NCBI GenBank assembly: GCA_046536775.1
Contig: JAWDMD010000010.1
Location: forward strand, 1 to 17,735
DNA: 17,735 nt
Source: Candidatus Nanopusillus sp.
GTDB taxonomy: Archaea > Nanobdellota > Nanobdellia > Nanobdellales > Nanobdellaceae
Reading direction: 5' to 3'
Notes under the pieces: generated by a model
What the model saw: the letters and a program-made list of their open reading frames with translations, nothing else
The model's database searches: none
What the model was told of the DNA's origin: nothing
Shown: positions 1 through 7,278 of the stretch, piece by piece
How positions within the stretch are numbered: position 1 is the stretch's first letter
Layout: each line of letters begins with the position of its first letter
Translations under genes and position numbers: made by a program

Positions 1-234
1 TTTCTTAGCAAAATATAATGGCGTATCTCCAACATACGCGCCTGCTGTAATAACGGTTCTCCCCGTTAAGTCAAAGTCTATGAAATGGATATCATAGAGG
101 AATGTCTCAGCGAAAATTAAAGTATCAAAACCATCGATTAGAAATTTTATTCCATCTGGAGTAATTATTATATTGTTTTCAGGGTCTAACTTCCAATCAG
201 ATCCCCACTTAACGCCATATTTTGCAGAAAACAT
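1..234 (-). CDS. SAM-dependent methyltransferase, FkbM-like (N-terminal 78 codons only; gene continues past the left edge)
   Basis: Not in the supplied ORF track because it is open-ended. A reverse-strand ATG at 234-232 opens a stop-free 78-codon frame ending exactly at base 1: MFSAKYGVKWGSDWKLDPENNIIITPDGIKFLIDGFDTLIFAETFLYDIHFIDFDLTGRTVITAGAYVGDTPLYFAKK. The segment DLTGRTVITAGAYVGDTPLYFA resembles the glycine-rich SAM-binding motif I of FkbM/Methyltransf_21-type enzymes (consensus recalled from memory, roughly vIDiGAniGD.slyFA). Confidence 0.55.
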   Translation of the reverse strand, partial: MFSAKYGVKWGSDWKLDPENNIIITPDGIKFLIDGFDTLIFAETFLYDIHFIDFDLTGRTVITAGAYVGDTPLYFAKK

Positions 235-686
235 GTATAAGTTTAAAATGTCTTGTTTGCTTACATCTCTCTAGAGTCTTATTGTATTGATGTCAAGATT
301 AAACTCTACATAAGTTGAGGTAAATTTGGGTTTAAAAGTAATAACAGATAATTCTATTATCCCTAGATGTGAACGTAAGCTTGTGAAACTTTTATGGACA
401 AATCTATTAAAAGTGCTCTTTAGATTATTGCTAAAGATTTTTTAATCAATACCCCTAATAAAAATGTACTATTACTCCTATAAATTTTTAGTAGTTAACT
501 ACTTATAAAAAGCTAGTAATCTCTTTAAGAAGGCATAATTGCTAAGGCATTCTAGATTAATTGGGTAATTTATTGTATTGGTTTTTTGCTGGAATTAGAT
601 TAAGACACTATACTGAAGGGCTTTTTATAAAATTTTGCCAGGTGGATTAAATGTAGTTCTATTAGTTTAAGTGAGTTTTCTAACTT

Positions 687-1101
687 ATGGCAATTAATAG
701 AGAACAAAGAGTTAGGAGGTTATCTACTAGAGGTATGATATTGGTTTTTATATCATTTTTATTGATGATGACTTTAAACTTTAATTTTCCCTATCCAGAA
801 TTTGCATTATTCTTATTTTTAGCATGTGTTGGTAATGGATTCTTTGTTTACTCAAATACGCCATCTATAATGAATTCTGTACTACCAAATCATAGGGGGA
901 TTGTATTAGTTATGAGAGCAGTAATGGCAAATATAGCAAATGTTATAAGCATTAATTTGCATTTTTCATTATTGCTTTTGCTTTAGAAGCAAAATTGCTG
1001 GAGCTTTATGTTATGGTTTAATATCAGCTTATTTTCTAAATAATATTGCTTATTTAATATCTAAGATACATCATACAGTTGCTCTTTTCGTGGTATTTTA
1101 G
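687..1101 (+). pseudogene. MFS-type transporter remnant (C-terminal ~135 aa only, with a +1 frame break near 960-990)
   Basis: The 99-aa ORF 687-986 is all TM-helix-like and contains ...ACVGNGFFVYSNTPSIMNSVLPNHRGIVLVMRAVMANIANVISI, which looks like the TM10-11 region of an MFS permease. An in-frame stop lies immediately upstream (681-683), so the first ~270 aa of a normal MFS are missing. After the TAG at 984-986, hydrophobic coding continues in the +1 frame from 988 to the TAG at 1099-1101 (SKIAGALCYGLISAYFLNNIAYLISKIHHTVALFVVF). Confidence 0.4.
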
Positions 1102-1449
1102 ATTATAGTACGTGCAAACAGTTTTGAATAATTTACCTAGCCTAGTTTAACAATTAAGCAAAAGTAATTCCAATGGATTAAGTGATATGTTTAGCAATAC
1201 TTGATTTCCTAATGTTATTGCTTAGCTTTCGTGTCTTTCATGTATGCTCTTAAGTCTGTTTTAATAATTATCTTCAATAATTGTTACAAGTATATTCATT
1301 AATCAATTATCTCTAACCAATAGATTTATATAAAGCATTATAATAATAAGAATTTATAAGCCCTTTGCATGAGCATTGAAAGCAATAGAATAATGGAACA
1401 TTATAAATATAATAAAACAAACTTCACTCCTCAATAATTATATAAAACA

Positions 1450-1462
1450 TTTAAATTTATAT
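1450..1462 (+). promoter_or_regulatory. candidate TATA box for the first glycosyltransferase gene
   Basis: TTTAAATTTATAT lies 36-48 nt upstream of the ATG at 1498. A G-run (AAGGGGGGT, 1481-1489) sits 8 nt upstream of the ATG as a possible ribosome-binding element. Called on position and composition only. Confidence 0.3.
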
Positions 1463-1497
1463 TATTAATACTGAGAAAATAAGGGGGGTATTTAAAA

Positions 1498-2583
1498 ATG
1501 ATATCAACATTAATTGTAATATTGCTTATAACGTTAATAACGCTAATTACATTACATATTGGGCTACCGATTTTTTACTATTTATACATGAAAAATAAAG
1601 AAGAAGATTTTGAAAAATATATTAATAATGAAATAAGCTATCCATTAGTTTCAATTATAGTTCCAACATATAATGAAGAAAAAACTATAAAGGATAAGAT
1701 TGATGACATATTATCTCAAAATTATCCAAAAGATAAGATTGAAATAATATTGGTTGATTCAAATAGTACTGATAAAACGGTAGAAATAGCAAGTAAATAT
1801 AATGTAAAAATATTAAAGCAAGAGAAGAGGATGGGAAAAGCAAATGCTTTAAACTATGCCTTAGCAAATGCAAAAGGAGAAATTATAATTATAACTGATG
1901 CAGACTCCAAATGGGTTAATAAGGATGCAATAAAAATCTCTGTTGAATTTTTAAACAACAAAAAAATAGGTGCAGTAACATGCATTAAGAAACAATATGA
2001 TGAAAAAATAGAAAAGTCTTATAGAGACTTATATAATGTTATTAGACTAGGTGAAAGCTCTATATTTTCAACTTCAATTGCTCATGGAGAATTCTTTGCA
2101 TTTAAAAAAGAATATCTAACTAACTTCGATGAAAATATGGGAGCCGATGATAGCTATGCGTCTCATAAAATTACTCTTAATAATTTAAGGTCTTTAGCAG
2201 TTAAAGAAATTATTTGTAATGAGTTAGTTCCGAAAAAGGGCTATTTTCATTGGAGAGTTAGGAGAGCCCAGCATTTAGTCCAATATTTTAGTGTTGCAAT
2301 AAAAGATTATAAAAAAATTAGAAATAAAGATTATAAAAAAATAATATTGGTAGAATATTTTTTACATTTGATTAATCCATGGTTACTTTTACTTTCTATA
2401 TTTATAGGGATTTATTTACTGCTATTACACAATCTAATTTCAATAATATTATTTATAATATTTTTAGTTTCATTAATATCTAAAACCGTAAGAACTTGGA
2501 TTTTAACGCAAATATTTTTAATAATTGCCCAAATAAAAAATTTATACAATAAAGAGATTATTTGGGAAAAAGAAGAGAAGTAA
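1498..2583 (+). CDS. membrane-embedded family-2 glycosyltransferase (TM - GT-A domain - C-terminal TM bundle; synthase-like architecture)
   Basis: The 361-aa ORF has an N-terminal TM helix. It then shows the classic GT2 signature VSIIVPTYNEEKTIKDKIDDILSQNYPKDKIEIILVDSNSTDKTVEIA...GKANALNYALANAKGEIIIITDADS (a DxD-type DAD), and later HWRVRRAQH (a weak Q/RxxRW-like motif). The hydrophobic C-terminus has about 3 TM helices. ATG start. Confidence 0.9.
   Translation: MISTLIVILLITLITLITLHIGLPIFYYLYMKNKEEDFEKYINNEISYPLVSIIVPTYNEEKTIKDKIDDILSQNYPKDKIEIILVDSNSTDKTVEIASKYNVKILKQEKRMGKANALNYALANAKGEIIIITDADSKWVNKDAIKISVEFLNNKKIGAVTCIKKQYDEKIEKSYRDLYNVIRLGESSIFSTSIAHGEFFAFKKEYLTNFDENMGADDSYASHKITLNNLRSLAVKEIICNELVPKKGYFHWRVRRAQHLVQYFSVAIKDYKKIRNKDYKKIILVEYFLHLINPWLLLLSIFIGIYLLLLHNLISIILFIIFLVSLISKTVRTWILTQIFLIIAQIKNLYNKEIIWEKEEK
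2302..2342 (+). repeat. in-frame 24-nt-period direct repeat (17-bp perfect core AAAGATTATAAAAAAAT at 2302-2318 and 2326-2342)
   Basis: Read directly from the sequence. The two copies are offset by exactly 24 nt (8 codons) and encode KDYKKI twice (IKDYKKIRNKDYKKII) in the juxtamembrane linker of the 361-aa GT2. Each copy contains an A7 run. Confidence 0.9.
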
Positions 2584-2624
2584 GGTTTATATAATGCTTT
2601 TTTAATTATTAAAATGGTGAAAGT

Positions 2625-3515
2625 TTGTGTAAATTAAACGATATAAATGTTATTATTCCTACATTAAATGAAGAAGATGGAATAGGCCCAACAATAGATG
2701 ATATTTTAAATTATGTTGAAAAAGATGACATTATAGTAGTTGATGGAAATAGCATTGATAATACAAGAAATGAAGTAGAAAAAAGAGGTGTTTTCGTATT
2801 TACGCAAAGCCAGAAAGGGAAGGCAAATGCCATAAAAGAGGCATTAATGCATGTAAAGAAAGATTATATTTTAATCATTGATGGCGATTATACTTACCCA
2901 GCTAAATATTTAATTGATATGCATAAATTAATCAAAAATGATGAATATGATGAAGTAATAGGTGTAAGAAATAGAAAAAACCAAAACATCATATATAGAT
3001 TCGGAAATTGGTTTTTAACAAAATTTTTTGATATATTATTTGGGGTTCATTTAAGAGATGTTTTAAGCGGCATGTATTTAGTAAAAAGAAAAGCTTTAGA
3101 AGGAGCTATTTTTGAGATGAAGGGATTTAGCGTTGAAAGTGAAATAGCAGCACATATGTCTTCTGTTGGAAATAAAATAGGAGAAGTTGATATTGAATAT
3201 AGAGAGAGAAAAGGAAGAAAAAAGTTAGGAATAAGACATGGATTATCAATAGCAATTGATATGGTAAGACTGTCTTGGCGTTATAATCCGGTGATGGTTT
3301 TCTTTTTAGTTGGATCATTATTAATGATTCCAGGAATAATATTAGGCATATACACAGTTATAGATTATGTGTATTTACACATAGATCATTTTGTTAAAGC
3401 CATAATTGCCTTGATTTTAACCGCAACAGGATTCCAAAGTTTGATGCTAGCTGTGTTAAGCACGTATTTAAGGAGAATGGAATACAGGATAAAGAATTAT
3501 TTAAAAGAAAAATGA
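2625..3515 (+). CDS. family-2 glycosyltransferase, polyprenyl/dolichyl-phosphate sugar synthase-like (DPM1/GtrB-type, GT-A domain plus 2 C-terminal TM helices)
   Basis: The 296-aa ORF reads INVIIPTLNEEDGIGPTIDDIL...IIVVDGNSIDNTRNEVEKRG...KGKANAIKEAL...YILIIDGDYTYP (DxD = DGD). Two C-terminal TM helices follow (VMVFFLVGSLLMIPGIILGIY; AIIALILTATGFQSLMLAVL). The TTG start at 2625 is preceded by GGTGA at 2616-2620 with a 4-nt spacer. Confidence 0.85.
   Translation: MCKLNDINVIIPTLNEEDGIGPTIDDILNYVEKDDIIVVDGNSIDNTRNEVEKRGVFVFTQSQKGKANAIKEALMHVKKDYILIIDGDYTYPAKYLIDMHKLIKNDEYDEVIGVRNRKNQNIIYRFGNWFLTKFFDILFGVHLRDVLSGMYLVKRKALEGAIFEMKGFSVESEIAAHMSSVGNKIGEVDIEYRERKGRKKLGIRHGLSIAIDMVRLSWRYNPVMVFFLVGSLLMIPGIILGIYTVIDYVYLHIDHFVKAIIALILTATGFQSLMLAVLSTYLRRMEYRIKNYLKEK
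3503..3512 (-). terminator. candidate oligo-T transcription terminator for the long minus-strand operon
   Basis: On the minus strand, 8-17 nt downstream of the TAG at 3522-3520, the sequence reads TTTTTCTTTT (T5-C-T4). Archaeal RNAP terminates at oligo-T tracts. The tract lies inside the last codons of the convergent GT2 gene. Confidence 0.3.
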
Positions 3516-3519
3516 TAAA

Positions 3520-5238
3520 CTATTTAAATTTATCAAATATATAATCTGTTGGTGTCATCAAAATTACGTTTGATTGAGAAGTTACCATATTTAGATTATT
3601 TAATAAATATGTAACATTTGGATTTATTGAATAGACACCATAGATAAAATATGATAAGGCATATTCATAATAACTAGGAGATGAATTTTCCGTTAAAATT
3701 GAACCATAGTCTACATAATAATAAAAATTAAAGTTTGGAGCAGTATAGTTAGTTATTCCAATTCCAATACCAGCTTCTCCAAACGGTTCACTATCAGGAA
3801 ATGCTACCGTAGAATAACCTGCAAATGTAGCAAATAAAGATAATACTGAGCCAACTATTATAAAAATGATTCCAAATCCTTTTATAATATTTTTAATTTT
3901 CTTTTTATTTAGGTTTTCTTTATCATAAAAAATAATAGACGAAAATGAAAATGCAAGCAATGGAAGTAAATCTTTTGGCAACCTATCAGCCCATCCAACT
4001 CCACCCATCCCGATTACTTGAAATGCTGCTATAGCTCCACTAAATATTAATAAAAGAAAGATTATCTTATATTCTATCTTTTTACTGTTAAAACTTAAAA
4101 TAAAAAGTGTAAAAAATGGGACTGTTAACAAATATATATAATCAATTTCCTTAATTCTAACTGCTAATGCATAAGATGGTAGAGCTCTTATTGATTCAGT
4201 TATTAAGCTACTTGAACTAGGCTTTCTTAGTAGAGCAAATAATGAATTGATGCCGCTAGATATACTAGATAATACATACGTGATATTGGACTGTAATAAA
4301 TTTCCTGATGCATATATTATTCTTAATAAATATGCAATAATAAAAGTTGATAACAAATAAAAAACATTAGACTTTGTTACTATCTTTTGAGGAAATATTA
4401 GTAAAATTAAAGAAATCCCTAGAACTCCAAAGGAAAGCCATAAAGATATGAGTTGATGATTAAACATAGCAAATAAAGACAAAATAAAAAATGTTAAATA
4501 ATCCTTTTTTTCTTGCGATTTTATTGCTTTAATGAAGAATCCAGATGCTAACGCGTATGGTAATAATGCATAATCATTTGAAACAACATAAGAGTATTCA
4601 GATGAAATTATTAAATAAACTATTAATGCTAAAGAAGATTTCCTATCATCAAATCCGTACAGTTTCATAGTTATATAAACTATTGGTATAGATAAAATTA
4701 TGAAAATTGTTGTATACCACTTTAATATGAAATAAAATGGCTGAGAAGTTATGCTATTAGTTTTACCAAATATTAATAATATTATTTCAGCTAATGTTAG
4801 CCAGAATCCCGGTTGAAGAGAAGAATAAGTATTTGGTTCTATATGCCCATAAGTTGTTATATAAGTTGACTGAAAATTATGGTTAAAAGAGTCCTCAAAA
4901 TCAGTCATATAATAATAATTAGAAAAGTCGGGCCAGAAATATCTGAGAAATATTATTAATGAAATAGAATAAATTATTATATAATAGTATTTTTTGTTTT
5001 CGTTTAATGCAAGTAAAGATGCAATAAATAATGTTGATTCCGATAATATTAAAAATATACCTGACATTGGCTCTCTTGATAGAGGGCCGTATATATCATA
5101 AACTCCGTAAACACCCTTTAACCCAGATTCAAACATATAATAAGCATATAATATACCAAATAATGTACCCAAAATAATAAAAAGGTATAGTAAGAATCCT
5201 TTTTTATTTAAATTCAATAACACCACCTGCAATTTCAT
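3520..5238 (-). CDS. large polytopic integral membrane protein (about 12-14 TM plus a Tyr/Asn-rich C-terminal ectodomain); possible GT-C-fold transferase or Wzy-like polymerase
   Basis: The 572-aa ORF is hydrophobic throughout and contains no cysteine. The C-terminal ~90 aa are non-hydrophobic with sequons (NYT, NVT, NSS). It is the last gene of the operon, directly after DUF58. The start is ambiguous: ATG 5238 has no SD, whereas TTG 5217 is preceded by AGGTGGTG (5221-5228). The function is inferred from architecture only. Confidence 0.7.
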   Translation of the reverse strand: MKLQVVLLNLNKKGFLLYLFIILGTLFGILYAYYMFESGLKGVYGVYDIYGPLSREPMSGIFLILSESTLFIASLLALNENKKYYYIIIYSISLIIFLRYFWPDFSNYYYMTDFEDSFNHNFQSTYITTYGHIEPNTYSSLQPGFWLTLAEIILLIFGKTNSITSQPFYFILKWYTTIFIILSIPIVYITMKLYGFDDRKSSLALIVYLIISSEYSYVVSNDYALLPYALASGFFIKAIKSQEKKDYLTFFILSLFAMFNHQLISLWLSFGVLGISLILLIFPQKIVTKSNVFYLLSTFIIAYLLRIIYASGNLLQSNITYVLSSISSGINSLFALLRKPSSSSLITESIRALPSYALAVRIKEIDYIYLLTVPFFTLFILSFNSKKIEYKIIFLLLIFSGAIAAFQVIGMGGVGWADRLPKDLLPLLAFSFSSIIFYDKENLNKKKIKNIIKGFGIIFIIVGSVLSLFATFAGYSTVAFPDSEPFGEAGIGIGITNYTAPNFNFYYYVDYGSILTENSSPSYYEYALSYFIYGVYSINPNVTYLLNNLNMVTSQSNVILMTPTDYIFDKFK

Positions 5239-6361
5239 TGAAAGAACTAAAAACTTTTGACCCTAATTCTTTGATTTTGTTCAAGTTTTTTTCATACATT
5301 TTCCTTATATTGTAAGATGTTTCTATATCATCTATGTAAACCCAAGGTTTAGTGGGTTGAATTATATAAGCTTTTGGATATTTAAAGGCTAGTTCGCTTA
5401 AAATTTGAGTTAGAATAATATACCTGTCTTCTTTGCTATTTGTATTAAAATTATCTTTCTTTTTATTTTTCAAATAATCATAGATATCTTTAAAATCTAA
5501 TACTCTATTTATTTCTGGATAATACTTTTTCATCATATCAACTATGTATATGAAAGCGGAATAAACATCTTTTCTAAGATTTTTAATATTTTGGCCATCG
5601 TAAACATAAATATTTCCCTGGAACAAGTTTGAATACTTAATCAAATTTAATGCTTCTGTTGCTAGATCATCAGCTGAATTTTCATCGGTAGATTCTAAAT
5701 CTATTATAATTCCTATATTACCGTAAAGATCCCAATAGTATCTCTTAACCATTATGTCATTATATTTTGCTGTTTTTTTCCAATCTATTCTCCTAAAATC
5801 ATCATTATTACTAAATTTATCAGTATATGCAAATTCTTCTCCTCTACCTATTATATTTGATTGTGATGTAAATCCTTTGGAAAAATAAGTTTGCAATTCT
5901 TTAAATAGTAAAAAAGACTTGGGATATACTGTTAATCTTATTTTAGGCCTTATTAACACTTCTATCTTTTTCTCGAATAAAATAGACCTATATAATACAT
6001 GAAGTTTATTAATTTCATAGATACCAGATCTTAGACCCCTTATTTTTAAATTTATTCTAAATTTATTAAAATCACTTTTTGTATTAATTATTAAACTAAC
6101 AAAATTGTATGGAGAAATAATTTTAATTTTTTTATTATAGCTATAATATAGTGGAATTTCTACTTCTTCACCCCTAAATAACTCAACATTGTTTATGGGC
6201 GATTCAAAATAAAATCTTGGTTTCATGAAAAATAAAAAAGTATAGTCTATTAATATAAACAAAAGAAATGCTAAAGAAACGTATATAAAATCATAAATTT
6301 TAAATGCGACTCCAGTTCCTAATACAATTAAGGAAAAAAATAAAAATAATTCATATCTCAA
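5204..6361 (-). CDS. DUF58-family protein (MoxR partner), N-terminally membrane-anchored
   Basis: The 385-aa ORF has two N-terminal TM helices. It carries the DUF58 hallmark GRGEEFAYTDKFSNNDDFRRIDWKKTAKYNDIMVKRYYWD (codons at 5729-5848), compared with the recalled consensus G.G.eF...R.Y.pGD..R.IDWkatAr...l.vre. The TTG start at 6361 overlaps the MoxR stop (TTGA), with AGGTG at 6370-6374. Confidence 0.8.
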   Translation of the reverse strand: MRYELFLFFSLIVLGTGVAFKIYDFIYVSLAFLLFILIDYTFLFFMKPRFYFESPINNVELFRGEEVEIPLYYSYNKKIKIISPYNFVSLIINTKSDFNKFRINLKIRGLRSGIYEINKLHVLYRSILFEKKIEVLIRPKIRLTVYPKSFLLFKELQTYFSKGFTSQSNIIGRGEEFAYTDKFSNNDDFRRIDWKKTAKYNDIMVKRYYWDLYGNIGIIIDLESTDENSADDLATEALNLIKYSNLFQGNIYVYDGQNIKNLRKDVYSAFIYIVDMMKKYYPEINRVLDFKDIYDYLKNKKKDNFNTNSKEDRYIILTQILSELAFKYPKAYIIQPTKPWVYIDDIETSYNIRKMYEKNLNKIKELGSKVFSSFNEIAGGVIEFK

Positions 6362-7278
6362 ATTTTAGGCACCTTTATCTTTTTCAATACTATTTCTATT
6401 AAGGAATCTGCATTTAATTCTTGGCTAAATATTCTATGCCTTAATACAGGAAATGCAGCTTTTTTCACATCATCTGGAATAACAAAGTCTCTTCCATTAA
6501 GATAAGCAATTGCTCTAGAAATTTTATAAAACCAAATAGAAGATCTAACGCTTATCGCATCGTTTATATCATTTTTCCTTAGTTCATTTAGGATATCTAG
6601 CATATAGTTTGCTACATTATCATTAACTTTAACACTTTTAACCTCTTCTCTCATAATTCTTAAATCTTCAATTGAAACTATTTTTTCTACTATAGGTTTA
6701 TCAATACTATCAATTTTTCTTAGTATTTCCAATTCTTTGTCTCTATCTGGCATTTTAATAATGATTTTTGATGAAAATCTATCTAATTCAGTAATGGTTA
6801 AAGGAAATATACCTCCAGTATCGTTAGGCACTTCAGTGGCTATTATAAAAAATGGATCTGGAAGCGATAGAGTGTTAATATCAATTGTTACCTGTTTTTC
6901 TTGCATTGCTTCTAATAATGCAGATTGGGTTCTAGGAGGTGCCCTATTAATTTCATCTATTAGTATTATGTTGCTAAATATTGGTCCTTTTCTTATTCTG
7001 AACTCTTTTTTTTCCAGATCCCAAACTAATGTGCCTAATATATCTGATGGTAATAAATCTGAAGTCATCTGAATTCTTTTAAAATCAACTCCAATAGCTT
7101 GAGAAAATAACTTGGCTAGTGTTGTTTTACCTAATCCTTGCGTTCCTTCAAGAATAACATGGCCTTCTGATATAAGATTAGCCAATAGAATTTCTATAGA
7201 ATCCTCACCACCTATATAATACTTAGATATTTCATTTACTATTTTTTCTTTAATATTTAAAGCCTTATTTGGATTCAT
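6358..7278 (-). CDS. moxR: MoxR-type AAA+ ATPase (AAA_3 family)
   Basis: The 306-aa ORF has Walker A ILEGTQGLGKTT (7120-7146), the MoxR-typical FKRIQMTSDLLPSDILG, Walker B IILIDEINRAPPRTQSALLEAMQEKQVT, the Arg-finger region ELDRF, and the sensor-2/lid region SVRSSIWFYKISRAIAYLNGRDFVIPDDVKKAAFPVLRHRI. Confidence 0.92.
   Translation of the reverse strand: MNPNKALNIKEKIVNEISKYYIGGEDSIEILLANLISEGHVILEGTQGLGKTTLAKLFSQAIGVDFKRIQMTSDLLPSDILGTLVWDLEKKEFRIRKGPIFSNIILIDEINRAPPRTQSALLEAMQEKQVTIDINTLSLPDPFFIIATEVPNDTGGIFPLTITELDRFSSKIIIKMPDRDKELEILRKIDSIDKPIVEKIVSIEDLRIMREEVKSVKVNDNVANYMLDILNELRKNDINDAISVRSSIWFYKISRAIAYLNGRDFVIPDDVKKAAFPVLRHRIFSQELNADSLIEIVLKKIKVPKI

Noticed and set aside
1685-1873. 62-aa minus-strand ORF from the track
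   Set aside because: It lies antisense inside the GT2 catalytic domain (VPTYNEE...DADS region). Its Leu/Ser/Tyr-rich sequence is typical of the reverse frame of AT-rich coding DNA, and it has no independent support.
3127-3318. 63-aa minus-strand ORF from the track
   Set aside because: It lies antisense inside the second GT2 gene. It is a low-complexity shadow ORF.
3520-5238. Transglutaminase-like membrane protein, the usual DUF4129/MoxR neighbour in bacteria
   Set aside because: The 572-aa protein contains no cysteine at all, so a Cys-His-Asp transglutaminase core is impossible. No soluble domain of suitable size is inserted among the TM helices.
5690-5730. VWA MIDAS motif in the DUF58 protein (IIIDLESTDEN)
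   Set aside because: The sequence is D-L-E-S-T rather than the canonical D-x-S-x-S. I cannot establish metal-site residues by eye, so it is left as generic DUF58.
6737-7072. 111-aa plus-strand ORF from the track
   Set aside because: It lies entirely antisense to the well-supported MoxR gene, has no start context or SD, and its sequence is a compositional mirror of the MoxR codons. It is a shadow ORF.
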